Below are positions 9,956 through 19,541 of a stretch of 57,550 bases of DNA, piece by piece; the stretch's first letter is position 1, and each line of letters opens with the position of its first letter. Below the pieces are notes generated by a model that was not told the DNA's origin, searched no databases, and worked only from the letters and a program-made list of their open reading frames with translations. The stretch is from NCBI GenBank assembly GCA_040235515.1, contig JBECKX010000129.1:1-57550 (forward strand), given 5' to 3'. A program made the position numbers and the translations under genes. This stretch comes from Candidatus Zixiibacteriota bacterium (lineage in GTDB: Bacteria > Zixibacteria > MSB-5A5 > CAIYYT01).

Positions 9956-10381
9956 ATGATCGAATGGGAAGAGAAAACCGGATCGCTGGAGGATACCAGC
10001 CGCGTCGCTGCGCGCCTGGCTGCGGCTGTTGCGCCGGGGACAGCGATTCTGCTCTACGGTGAACTCGGCGCCGGTAAGACGGAGTTCGTGCGCGGATTCG
10101 TGGCAGCGCTCGATCCGGGTGTAAAGGTCTCCTCCCCCACCTTCACACTGGTCAATACCTATCCCACAAATCCGCCCATCTATCACCTGGATCTCTATCG
10201 TACCAACTCGCATGATGACCTCGTTGATCTCGGATTGGATGAATACCTGGCGGGCGATGGAATCGTCTTGATTGAATGGGCCGAAAAGTGTGATATTGCC
10301 GAGATCGGTGCGCACGTGTCGGTGCGAATTGCGATAGTTTCCGGGAGAGAGCGCCAGATTTCGATCCGGAGTGCAGGTTAA
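9956..10381 (+). CDS. tsaE: tRNA threonylcarbamoyladenosine biosynthesis ATPase TsaE
   Basis: 'GELGAGKT', 'SSPTFTLVN.Y', 'HLDLYR', 'IEWAE'. Confidence 0.95.
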   Translation: MIEWEEKTGSLEDTSRVAARLAAAVAPGTAILLYGELGAGKTEFVRGFVAALDPGVKVSSPTFTLVNTYPTNPPIYHLDLYRTNSHDDLVDLGLDEYLAGDGIVLIEWAEKCDIAEIGAHVSVRIAIVSGRERQISIRSAG

Positions 10382-10418
10382 CGCGTCTTTTGAAGTGGAA
10401 ATGACAAGCTGATTACAA

Positions 10419-11513
10419 ATGCTGATACTCGCCGTTGACAGCTCTAGCGATTCCCTCAAGATTGGCCTGGCCGATCAGTCGCGAATCTATTCCAGCTTCG
10501 ATGGACCCTCCGATCGCTCACACTCGGAGAAGATCATCGTTGAACTGGACAGACTACTGAATGATGCCGGTGTCAAACCGCCGCAAATCGATTCGTTGGC
10601 GGTAGTGACAGGACCCGGATCGTTCACCGGTCTACGAATCGGTATTGCCACGGTGCTGGGGTTGGCGGAGGCGTGGGGGAAGCCGATCCTCGGCGCGCCA
10701 ACCGCGCAACTGGCTCAGGCGTTCTTCGAATCGCGCAAACAGAACCCGGTAGTGCTCTTTCATTGCCGCGCCCGGCAGTTTTATGTCTCAGATGGTGCTG
10801 TACCCATCTACATCGAGGACTGGAACCTGCTCAAATCGGCCTACCAGGGTCGGAAGTATGCAGGCAGCGGCGTGGAGAAACTCCTGAAAGGTGGGGAGAG
10901 TGTTGGCTCAGGGCGGCTTAATGACCCGGTGAACTACACCGCCGGGGAGTTGGCGCAATGTTTTGCGCGCGAATCGGAAAACTTCAAACCGCTGGACCCG
11001 GCAAATCTTGATGTCAACTACTACCTCAAATCGCAGCCGGAGCAATTGCGGGAACAGGCTTCCGACGAGGTTGTGGTAGATGATATGATGCCCAGCGATC
11101 TACCGGCGATCGTGCGTATAGAGAGCAGTACTTTCAGCGATCCCTGGACCGAAGCGAACTTCCGCACCGATCTGACCAATTCCAACGCGGTCACGCTGGT
11201 TGCGAGGCGCAATGGGAATTGTCTCGGCTACCTGGTCTGCATCGCTATCGATGAGTATGGCTACATCGCAAACGTGGCCGTCGATGCCGCGGCGCGCTCA
11301 CAGGGGATCGGCTCCAGCCTGCTGAAGGAACTGGGAAAACGGCTCAAGCAACGCAAGATTTACCAGATGGTGCTCGATGTCCGAATCTCAAATATCCGTG
11401 CAATCAAGTTTTACAAAGAGCATGGATTTACTATACTGACTCGACGCGTTGGGTTCTACTCCGAACCACCTGAGGATTCTTATACGATGCTTTGGGCGCC
11501 CGAGGGAGAGTAA
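10419..11513 (+). CDS. tsaB-rimI: TsaB-RimI fusion (t6A biosynthesis TsaB plus ribosomal-protein N-acetyltransferase)
   Basis: N-part 'ILAVDSS..HSE..GPGSFTGLRIG'; C-part GNAT 'IE..FSDPW', 'NVAV..RSQGIG', 'LDVRISNIRAIKFY..GF', 'R..FYSEPPED'. Confidence 0.88.
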   Translation: MLILAVDSSSDSLKIGLADQSRIYSSFDGPSDRSHSEKIIVELDRLLNDAGVKPPQIDSLAVVTGPGSFTGLRIGIATVLGLAEAWGKPILGAPTAQLAQAFFESRKQNPVVLFHCRARQFYVSDGAVPIYIEDWNLLKSAYQGRKYAGSGVEKLLKGGESVGSGRLNDPVNYTAGELAQCFARESENFKPLDPANLDVNYYLKSQPEQLREQASDEVVVDDMMPSDLPAIVRIESSTFSDPWTEANFRTDLTNSNAVTLVARRNGNCLGYLVCIAIDEYGYIANVAVDAAARSQGIGSSLLKELGKRLKQRKIYQMVLDVRISNIRAIKFYKEHGFTILTRRVGFYSEPPEDSYTMLWAPEGE

Positions 11514-11525
11514 CAGGTAAAGACT

Positions 11526-12362
11526 ATGGAATGGTTTAAACGCAAGCCTCAACCGCCGCCAACCGAACGCAAAGAGATTCCGGATGGACTCTGGACCAAG
11601 TGCAACTCGTGCGGTGAGATCATTTATGTTCGTGAACTCGAGAAGGCTCTCTGGGTCTGTCGTAATTGCCAGTATCATTTCAGAATACGCTCGACTGACT
11701 ATATGGATATCCTGCTCGACAAGGATAGTTTCAGCGAATATGACGCCAACCTGGTATCGCTTGACCCGCTACAATTCAAGGATTCGAAAAAATATCCCGA
11801 CCGCATCGCAGTAGCTCGCCAGAAGACGGGTCGCAACGACGCCGTAATCTCCGGTATCGGCTCGATCGATCAGAGGCCGATCTCGTTCGCCGTTATGGAT
11901 TTCGCCTTCGTCGGTGGCAGCATGGGTAGCGTCGTGGGGGAGAAAATCGCTCGCACCATCGAACGGGCCATCGAGCGTGATATCCCGCTGATTATTGTCT
12001 CATGCTCCGGCGGGGCACGCATGCAGGAGGGAATCCTCTCGCTGCTCCAGATGGCGAAAACTTCCGGCTTGTTGGCACGCCTGGCTAAGACAAAGAATCC
12101 CTATATCTCGATCCTCACCAATCCGACTACCGCCGGTGTGATGGCCAGCTACGCCTCGCTCGGTGATGTCATCATCGCAGAACCTGGTGCGCTGCTCGGA
12201 TTTGCCGGCCGCCGCGTGATCGAGCAAACGATCAAACAGCAACTACCGGAAGATTTCCAAAGCTCCGAATTCTTCAAAGAGCACGGGTTCCTCGACAAGA
12301 TCGTGGATCGCCACGACTTGCGCAAAACGGTGAGCCTCCTGCTCGACTACTTCACCCCCTGA
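11526..12362 (+). CDS. accD: Acetyl-CoA carboxylase carboxyltransferase beta subunit
   Basis: Zn finger 'WTKCNSC..CRNC', 'GGSMGSVVGEK', 'SGGARMQEG', 'GFAGRRVIEQT'. Confidence 0.97.
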   Translation: MEWFKRKPQPPPTERKEIPDGLWTKCNSCGEIIYVRELEKALWVCRNCQYHFRIRSTDYMDILLDKDSFSEYDANLVSLDPLQFKDSKKYPDRIAVARQKTGRNDAVISGIGSIDQRPISFAVMDFAFVGGSMGSVVGEKIARTIERAIERDIPLIIVSCSGGARMQEGILSLLQMAKTSGLLARLAKTKNPYISILTNPTTAGVMASYASLGDVIIAEPGALLGFAGRRVIEQTIKQQLPEDFQSSEFFKEHGFLDKIVDRHDLRKTVSLLLDYFTP

Positions 12363-12446
12363 TAACACCGAGCGGTACTCGAGTCTCTGCTGATAAAGCG
12401 TGAAGGCCTGAGCATACCATCAAGTCAACCAGAGAAATGTGAGAAT

Positions 12447-13772
12447 ATGCGTTATCAGGAAGCGATAGATTTTATCTACAATCTCGAATTGTTCGGGATC
12501 AAAATGGGGCTCGACAATATCACGAGATTCCTGCAGCATCTCGGCAATCCGCAATCGAGCTACAAGACCATCCATGTCGGCGGCACCAATGGCAAAGGTT
12601 CGGTGGCGTCGATGCTATACTCGGTGCTTCGCGAAGCCGGTTACTCTGCGGGCGTATTCACCTCACCACACCTCGTCGACTATCGGGAACGAGTGAGGGT
12701 TGATGGGTTCAACATCGATAAACGCTCGATCGCGCAATTCGTCGGCGAAAACAAGAAGTTCATTGAAGATGCCCGCATCACCTTCTTCGAGATATCAACG
12801 GCATTGGCGCTCTGGTATTTTCACAAGTGCAGGGTCGATGTCGCTGTCGTCGAGGTTGGCCTTGGTGGGCGGCTCGATGCCACCAACGTACTACAGCCCG
12901 CGGCCTCGATCATCACCAATGTCGATTTCGATCACACCAAGATTCTCGGCAACACCCTTGAGAAGATCGCAATTGAGAAGGCAGGCATCATAAAACAGGG
13001 AGTTCCGTTGATCACCGGAGAGGGGCGCAGGGAGATACTCAAGCTTTTTCGGGATGTTTGTGCGGAGCGCGGCACCACGCTCGTACGTGCCGCCCGGCCA
13101 CGTTCTCCCTACCGGGAGCGCAACAGCACGATGCAATTCGAGTTTGCGCAAAACGGGTCAAAGCCGATCAGTATCAGTTCCCCGCTGATGGGACCGCACC
13201 AACAGCGCAATATCGGCGTGGTCGTGAAGTGCGTAGAAGTGCTTCGCTCACGTGGTTGGAAGATCAGTGATGCTGCGCTGCGACGCGGTATCCGCAATAG
13301 CCGCTGGCCCGCTCGATTTCAGTTGGTGTGCAGGCGTCCTCGCATTATCTTGGATGTCGCGCACAATCTCGACGGTACCAGGCAGTTAGTTGCTTCTTTC
13401 ATGCAGATATACCCGGGCAAGCGTGTTCTTCTTGTCTGTGGCATCTTGCAGCGACCCGACCATGATAAGATCATGCTCGAGTATGCGCCGATCGTACGGC
13501 GGGCGATCATCACTCGTCCCGACACACCGCGCGCGGCGGAAATCGAAGGCGTAATCTGGGCTGCGGTCAACGCCGACCTCGATTTTGACGTAAAATTCAA
13601 GGTTGCCGATGCCGTCGACCGGGCCTTGAAACTCGCGCAACCTGATGATATCATCCTGATGAGCGGCTCACACTTTACGCTGGGTGAAGCCATAACGCGG
13701 CTTCATCATCTGCGAGACCGGGGAAAACTGAATCTGATTCCTGCCGATATTACATTGATGAATGACAGATAG
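12447..13772 (+). CDS. folC: Folylpolyglutamate/dihydrofolate synthase
   Basis: 'HVGGTNGKGS', 'FTSPHL', 'EVGLGGRLDATN', 'EKAGIIK', 'DVAHN'; classic accD-folC order. Confidence 0.96.
   Translation: MRYQEAIDFIYNLELFGIKMGLDNITRFLQHLGNPQSSYKTIHVGGTNGKGSVASMLYSVLREAGYSAGVFTSPHLVDYRERVRVDGFNIDKRSIAQFVGENKKFIEDARITFFEISTALALWYFHKCRVDVAVVEVGLGGRLDATNVLQPAASIITNVDFDHTKILGNTLEKIAIEKAGIIKQGVPLITGEGRREILKLFRDVCAERGTTLVRAARPRSPYRERNSTMQFEFAQNGSKPISISSPLMGPHQQRNIGVVVKCVEVLRSRGWKISDAALRRGIRNSRWPARFQLVCRRPRIILDVAHNLDGTRQLVASFMQIYPGKRVLLVCGILQRPDHDKIMLEYAPIVRRAIITRPDTPRAAEIEGVIWAAVNADLDFDVKFKVADAVDRALKLAQPDDIILMSGSHFTLGEAITRLHHLRDRGKLNLIPADITLMNDR
13724..13750 (+). promoter_or_regulatory. Candidate sigma28-family promoter AAAA-N15-GCCGATAT, inside the folC 3' end
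   Basis: Near match to TAAA-N15-GCCGATAA directly upstream of the GAF kinase. It lies in coding sequence, so it could be chance. Confidence 0.35.
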
Positions 13773-15171
13773 TTCTGCGAACAGCTCTGCTCGAGATGTA
13801 AAGTTAGATTCCCAGGAAGGTTCGCCCGAAAAAAGCATGAGTGATCCAGCCAGAAAATCGGCTATCCCCGGCGAGAATGTCGGCACACCCAAACAGCTCT
13901 CCGAACTTACCGAAGCCAATAAGCGGCTTAAGCGCAAGATCTTCGATCTCTATACCATCTTTGAGATCTCCCGCCACCTCAATTCCGTGCTCGATACCGA
14001 ACAACTGCTGGATGGAATCATTCTTACCTGTATCGGACAGATGGGTGTCTCCGGCGCAGCCGTCTTCACGGTGAGGGGGCACGCTGGTTACGACCTCAGG
14101 CTGGCCAAGGAGAAGGGGCTATCTATCGACATCGATGACACCATGATCGTGAAAGAGGATAGCGAAATCCTGCAGTTGTTCCACTCGGTTCACGGCAAAC
14201 CACTCTCCTACGCCACTATCGCCTCGAAGGTTGGCGCCACTGACGAAGTGCGTCTGCTCGAGACGATCGAGTGTGAGTATCTGATCCCGATGACATTGCA
14301 GAATCGTATTCGTGGTCTGCTTTCGGTAACCAAAAAGATCTCAGGAACCGGCTTCTATGAAGATGACCTCGAGTTTCTCGCGATCCTGGCCAACCAGCTC
14401 TCGGTGGCAGTAGAGAACGCACGCTTGTTTGAGTCTGAGAAGGAAGCTGTAAGAAAACTGCACGAAGCCCAGATGCAGCTTGTGCAGGCGGAGAAACTCG
14501 CCGCCCTCGGTCAGCTTTCAGCCCGCGTGGCGCACGAAGTCAACAACCCGTTGGGCATTATCAAGAACTACCTCCTCATGTTCCGCGAGTCTGTAGGGGA
14601 GAACAAGGAAGTCAGGGAATACCTGGGTGTGGTGACTGAGGAGGTCGACCGCATCGCGGGAATCGTCCGGCAACTTCTCAGTATGTTCAAACCGCGCAGC
14701 GAAGATTTCCGTCCCGTTTCGGTTGAGACGATTCTGGACGAAACATTGCTGTTGATATCATTGCAGGCGCGCAAGCTCGACGTTGACATCGATTGTCGGG
14801 TGCCGCGTAATCTGCCCAAGATCAGGGGTTCTTCCGAACAGCTCAAGCAGGTGTTTCTGAATCTCCTGATGAATGCCTGCGATTTCATGCCGTCTGGTGG
14901 CAAGATCGTCATTTCCGGTACGGCCAGCAATGGCTCGATTGAGTTGCAGATTACCGATACCGGCCCCGGGCTTTCCGAAGAAAACCTGGAGCGCGTCTTT
15001 GAACCTTTCTTCACGACGAAATCGGGAGGATTGGGAACGGGCTTGGGCTTGAGTGTTTGTGAAAGCATAGTGAAGGCACATAATGGTACCATCAGAGCCG
15101 GCAACGATCCGAGGGCCGGAGCGCAGTTTACTCTAACTTTGCCGATTCTAGAGAACGATGGCAACAACTGA
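13762..15171 (+). CDS. Cytoplasmic GAF-domain sensor histidine kinase (alternative start 13837)
   Basis: Coiled coil, GAF ending 'LAILANQLSVAVENARL', 'EKLAALGQLSARVAHEVNNPL', 'QVFLNLLMNA', 'DTGPG', 'EPFFTTK', 'GTGLGL'; no TM segment. Confidence 0.92.
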   Translation: MTDSSANSSARDVKLDSQEGSPEKSMSDPARKSAIPGENVGTPKQLSELTEANKRLKRKIFDLYTIFEISRHLNSVLDTEQLLDGIILTCIGQMGVSGAAVFTVRGHAGYDLRLAKEKGLSIDIDDTMIVKEDSEILQLFHSVHGKPLSYATIASKVGATDEVRLLETIECEYLIPMTLQNRIRGLLSVTKKISGTGFYEDDLEFLAILANQLSVAVENARLFESEKEAVRKLHEAQMQLVQAEKLAALGQLSARVAHEVNNPLGIIKNYLLMFRESVGENKEVREYLGVVTEEVDRIAGIVRQLLSMFKPRSEDFRPVSVETILDETLLLISLQARKLDVDIDCRVPRNLPKIRGSSEQLKQVFLNLLMNACDFMPSGGKIVISGTASNGSIELQITDTGPGLSEENLERVFEPFFTTKSGGLGTGLGLSVCESIVKAHNGTIRAGNDPRAGAQFTLTLPILENDGNN

Positions 15172-17272
15172 CACGACTTCAACCACCGCCACGATACTGG
15201 TGGTTGATGATGAAAAGCGAATGTGTGATTCGCTCGATGCGCTGCTGACCAAAGCGGGTTACCGGGTTAGTACGGCTGAGGATGCCGAGACCGCGCTGGA
15301 GCATTTCCGCAAAGAACATTTCGATCTCGTTATCAGCGATATCAAGCTGCCGCGCATGGATGGAATCGAACTGCTGCAGTCAATCAGGCAGGCGAACCCC
15401 GATGCGATGGTAATCCTGATGACCGCGTATGCATCCCTCGACACCGCTTTGGCGGCGATCAACATGGGGGCCTACGACTATCTGCTCAAACCGATCGAGT
15501 TTACCCAATTGCGTCTTGCCGCCAAGCGCGCGCTGGAGAAGCGCGATCTGGAGATCGCCCAGAAGCGTCTGCTGGCGGAACTGCAGATCAAGAATGACCT
15601 GCTCAATCGCCGCATCGCTGAGGTGGATGCGCTCTACCAGGCGGGATTGGTCCTGTCGCAATCACAGAACCTCGGCTCGCTGTTGACCAAGATTATCGAG
15701 TTGGCCCTGAATGTGATCGGCGCCAATATCGGCTCCGTGATGCTGCTTGATGACGAAGGTAAGGAACTGACGATCGCTGCGGCAGTGGGGCTTTCTGAGG
15801 ATATGCGTAAACAGGTTCGCCTCAAGCTGGGCGAATCGATCGCGGGGTTTGTTGCACAGAATGGCGAACCGCTGCTGGTGCAAGATATCTCTTCGGATGA
15901 ACGCTTTGCCCGCTTCGGGAAAGGGAAGTACGAGACCAAATCACTGATTTCGGTACCGCTCAAACTACAGGATCGCATCCTCGGCGTGCTCAATCTCTCT
16001 GATCCGCAGCATGGGACAGTCTTTGAGGATAACGACCTTAAGCTGCTTGTCACCTTTGCCTCCCAGGCGGCGGTGGCAATTGATGATGCCGCGAACCTCG
16101 CTCGACTCAATGAAAAACTAACCGAATTCGCTACCCTGTACGAGCTGGCGACCAAGATCACCACAGTTGACAATGCCGCTGACATGACCGACCTGATTCT
16201 GACCTCGCTGCAGCGCATCATGATGGTTGATTTCACGGTCTGGTTCGTTTGGAACGAACGCTCGAAGACATTGGAACTCCGCTATTGGGTAGGGTTCGGG
16301 GCCGACGACGCCGCGCCGCTGAATGGCAGGAATCTCAAGCTCGCGGAGAAAGACCTTTATCAATCGCAGGTGCGCTCAGAAGCCGTTCGGACATTGATCT
16401 CTGAAGTCCCGACGTTGAAGGAGTTCACCAAGAGTCTCACCGTGGTACCGATCATAACCAGCGGATCGCTGCATGGGCTGTTCTGCCTTGGCTCCAGTGC
16501 GGACTCCGCGTTCTCCGAGAATGATGAGTATATCGCCTCGATCGTGGCCTCGCAGGCGACCTCCATCTATGAGCAGCAGCGCGCCGTGCTGAACGCCACG
16601 CGGCTTGTTACCATGGGAAAGATGATGTCTGAGATCTCTCATGATCTGAAAAAGCCGCTGACGAATATTCGTGGGTCACTGCAGGTGATGCGTGACCGCT
16701 GGCCTGAAATCACCCAATCTGATGATTTCTTCCAGACCGCGGAACAGGAGCTGGGGCGATTGAATGAACTGGTGAAAGAGCTGGTTGATTTCAGCAACCC
16801 CACCAAGTATCAACTGGAAGAAAAGCGTCTCGATCAGCTGATCGACCGCGTGATCCGCCTGGTCGAAAATGATCTCAAGAAGCACCAGGTAGAAATCGTC
16901 AGAAGGATCGAGCCGAGTCTCCCGCCGATCCCCGTGAACGAAAACAAGATCGTTGAGATGTTGCTGAACCTGATCATCAATGCGATCGATGCGATGCCGG
17001 ACGGCGGCACGCTCACGTTTGCCGGAAAAGCGCTCGAACCTTCCGAGGAGAAGGGCAGCCGCGTCGAACTGCGCATCACCGACACCGGAGTCGGTATCCC
17101 CCCCGAACAGACCGATCGGATCTTCAACCGCTATTTCACGACCAAGGAAACCGGGACCGGGCTTGGGTTGGCGATCTGCGAGCGAATCGTGATGGCGCAC
17201 AATGGCAGCATCAGCCTGGAAAGCAAACAGGGGGAGGGTACGACATTTATCATCGAGCTGCCGGTCGTCTGA
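15158..17272 (+). CDS. Hybrid REC-GAF-GAF histidine kinase
   Basis: N-terminal REC 'ILVVDDE..SDIKLPRMDG..MTAY..YLLKP', two GAF-like domains, 'SHDLKKPL', 'NLIINAIDAM', 'DTGVG', 'GTGLGL'. Confidence 0.92.
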   Translation: MATTDTTSTTATILVVDDEKRMCDSLDALLTKAGYRVSTAEDAETALEHFRKEHFDLVISDIKLPRMDGIELLQSIRQANPDAMVILMTAYASLDTALAAINMGAYDYLLKPIEFTQLRLAAKRALEKRDLEIAQKRLLAELQIKNDLLNRRIAEVDALYQAGLVLSQSQNLGSLLTKIIELALNVIGANIGSVMLLDDEGKELTIAAAVGLSEDMRKQVRLKLGESIAGFVAQNGEPLLVQDISSDERFARFGKGKYETKSLISVPLKLQDRILGVLNLSDPQHGTVFEDNDLKLLVTFASQAAVAIDDAANLARLNEKLTEFATLYELATKITTVDNAADMTDLILTSLQRIMMVDFTVWFVWNERSKTLELRYWVGFGADDAAPLNGRNLKLAEKDLYQSQVRSEAVRTLISEVPTLKEFTKSLTVVPIITSGSLHGLFCLGSSADSAFSENDEYIASIVASQATSIYEQQRAVLNATRLVTMGKMMSEISHDLKKPLTNIRGSLQVMRDRWPEITQSDDFFQTAEQELGRLNELVKELVDFSNPTKYQLEEKRLDQLIDRVIRLVENDLKKHQVEIVRRIEPSLPPIPVNENKIVEMLLNLIINAIDAMPDGGTLTFAGKALEPSEEKGSRVELRITDTGVGIPPEQTDRIFNRYFTTKETGTGLGLAICERIVMAHNGSISLESKQGEGTTFIIELPVV

Positions 17273-17325
17273 GAATCCCCGGCCTATCAATCTCCGCATC
17301 CGCCCGCAACCTTGGACAAACTTCA

Positions 17326-17354
17326 TTGAGTAATCCCGCTCAATCTGATATGTT
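17326..17354 (+). promoter_or_regulatory. Sigma70-like promoter TTGAGT-N17-TATGTT, leaderless candidate
   Basis: The -10 hexamer ends 6 nt before ATG 17361; no Shine-Dalgarno. Confidence 0.4.
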
Positions 17355-17360
17355 GGCAAC

Positions 17361-19358
17361 ATGCATCTACCTTTGCTGCAAGACATAGTCGTCGTCCTCG
17401 GTCTCTCGATCGGGGTGCTGCTGATACTCTACCGCTTGAAAGTCCCCCTGATTGTCGGTTTCCTGATTACCGGTGTGCTCGCCGGACCTTCGGGATTCGG
17501 TCTGGTTACCGCGGGCGAAGAGGTGGACCTGCTGGCGGAGATCGGTATCGTATTGCTCCTTTTCACCATCGGAGTGGAGCTCTCACTCAAGAACCTGCTC
17601 AAGATGAAGCGGCAGCTTCTGGTTGGTGGCGCAACGCAGGTGTGTCTTACGATAGCTATCGCAGCGCTTGTCGCGAACCTCGTTGAGGCGGATTTTCGCC
17701 GAGCGCTATTCATCGGTATGCTGGTCTCGCTCTCGAGCACTGCAATAGTCCTGAAAGTGCTGCAGCAACGTGGTGAACTCGATGCCCCGCAGGGGAGGGC
17801 AAGTGTCTCCATTCTGATCTTTCAGGATATAGCCGCAGTGCCGATGCTGCTGGCCGTTCCGCTGCTGCTGCCGGCAAGCCCCTCTGCGGGCGGAATCTGG
17901 TGGGAATGGTTGCTGGTCAAGTCGCTCCTGCTTGTAATCTTCATCGTTGTAGCAGCCAAGTGGGTGATCCCGAAGCTGCTCGACGCCATCGCTGCAACAC
18001 GTAACAATGAATTGTTCCTGATCAGCGTTATCGTGATCTGCCTCGGGGTCGCCTGGGTGACATCGGAAGCCGGACTCTCGCTGGCGTTGGGCGCATTCCT
18101 GGCCGGATTGATCATCTCCGAGTCCCCATACAGCCACCAGGCGCTGGGGAACATCGCGCCATTTCGTGACGTCTTCACCAGCTTTTTTTTCGTCGCGGTC
18201 GGCATGCTGATCGATGTCGATTTCGTCCTCTCCAAACCGATCCTGATCGCCGGACTTGCAGTCGGTGTGTTGCTCTTGAAGACGATTGTTGCCGGGGGGG
18301 CGTCGCTGCTACTCGGCTATCCGATCAGGACCGCCGTCCTGGTGGGACTCTCGCTCAGCCAGGTCGGGGAGTTTGCCTTCATCGTGTCGGAAGCGGGACG
18401 TTCAGCGGGGCTGCTCTCACCGGAGAACTACCAGCTTTTCCTCGCCGTCTCCGCACTGACCATGGCGCTGACGCCATTCCTGATCGCCCTGGCGCCGCGC
18501 GTGGCAGAGCAGACGGTGCGCGTGCCGCAACTGAGAAAGCTCAACCTGCACAGGAAGTTGGACGGGCACGCGAAAGCAGAGCTTAAAGGACATCTCGTCA
18601 TCATCGGTTTCGGCCTCAATGGTACAAACCTTGCGCGGGCCGCTCGCGCCGCTGAGATTCCGTACGCGATCATTGAGATGAACCCCGAAACAGTGCGCAA
18701 GGCGCGGCTGGAAGGGGAGCCGATTCACTACGGTGACGCCGTGCGCAGTGAGATTCTGCACGTCGTATCGGCGGAACAGGCGCGTGTCTTCGTGATTGCA
18801 ATCTCCGACACTCGCGCTACCCGCCAGATTGTCGAGTCGTGCAGACGGATGAATCCACAGGCGACCATCATCGCGAGAACCAGGTACGCAGCCGCCATCA
18901 AGTCGTTGTATGAGTCCGGTGCGAATGAAGTTGTCCCGGAGGAGTTTGAAACCTCTGTCGAAATCTTCACTCGTGTCATGCGCCACTACCTCGTGCCGGA
19001 GGACGCTATCGAGCGCGTCGTTGCCGATGTACGCTCCGACACTTATCAAATCTTCAGGTCACAAAGCGATGCAAGAACGGCGTGGAATTGCCTTGTCGAA
19101 GGCCTGACCGACTTGAACCTTGCCACGCTGGAGGTCGCCGCCGAATCGGAGGTGGCGGGCAGCACTATCGCGGAAATCGATCTACGCGGGAAGTGGGGGA
19201 TCCTTCTCCTGTTGGTGCGACGCGAGGGGACGATTACTCGCAACCCAACCCCCGATTTCACACTGCGTGCAGGCGACGTTGTCGTCCTGTTCGGTGACCA
19301 GGAGAAGATCGCTGAGGTTACCGGTCTCTTCTCGGGCAAGCCTGCAGAAACAACCTGA
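17361..19358 (+). CDS. CPA2-family cation:proton antiporter (KefB/KefC/YbaL-like) with TrkA-N and TrkA-C domains
   Basis: Many TM segments, 'LLFTIGVE', 'SLSSTAIV', 'FQD', 'LGAFLAG', 'SQVGEFAF', 'IIGFGLNG', C-terminal RCK-C. Confidence 0.93.
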   Translation: MHLPLLQDIVVVLGLSIGVLLILYRLKVPLIVGFLITGVLAGPSGFGLVTAGEEVDLLAEIGIVLLLFTIGVELSLKNLLKMKRQLLVGGATQVCLTIAIAALVANLVEADFRRALFIGMLVSLSSTAIVLKVLQQRGELDAPQGRASVSILIFQDIAAVPMLLAVPLLLPASPSAGGIWWEWLLVKSLLLVIFIVVAAKWVIPKLLDAIAATRNNELFLISVIVICLGVAWVTSEAGLSLALGAFLAGLIISESPYSHQALGNIAPFRDVFTSFFFVAVGMLIDVDFVLSKPILIAGLAVGVLLLKTIVAGGASLLLGYPIRTAVLVGLSLSQVGEFAFIVSEAGRSAGLLSPENYQLFLAVSALTMALTPFLIALAPRVAEQTVRVPQLRKLNLHRKLDGHAKAELKGHLVIIGFGLNGTNLARAARAAEIPYAIIEMNPETVRKARLEGEPIHYGDAVRSEILHVVSAEQARVFVIAISDTRATRQIVESCRRMNPQATIIARTRYAAAIKSLYESGANEVVPEEFETSVEIFTRVMRHYLVPEDAIERVVADVRSDTYQIFRSQSDARTAWNCLVEGLTDLNLATLEVAAESEVAGSTIAEIDLRGKWGILLLLVRREGTITRNPTPDFTLRAGDVVVLFGDQEKIAEVTGLFSGKPAETT

Positions 19359-19495
19359 TAGCGCCATCACTTAAAGTAAAACTTCATGAGCGGGATCGCC
19401 GGTAGTGATTCTGATCTGAGAATCGTGTTGCAGGCCGGTTTTAACAGAATACCATTCTCGCTGCAATAGGTTGCATTCTTTTGGCATCCACTTGC

Positions 19496-19522
19496 TTAAT
19501 CCCGAGTCCTGTTTGCCGATAG
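19496..19522 (+). promoter_or_regulatory. Candidate sigma28-family promoter TTAA-N15-GCCGATAG
   Basis: Intergenic; GCCGATAG at 19515-19522, about 20 nt upstream of the NtrC start, which has a GAGGA Shine-Dalgarno. Confidence 0.4.
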
Positions 19523-19541
19523 AGTCAACAAGCGAGGAACT

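Noticed and set aside
19482-19496. Sigma54-like TGGCATCCACTTGCT upstream of the NtrC gene
   Set aside because: Spacing is GG-N9-GC, whereas sigma54 requires N10.
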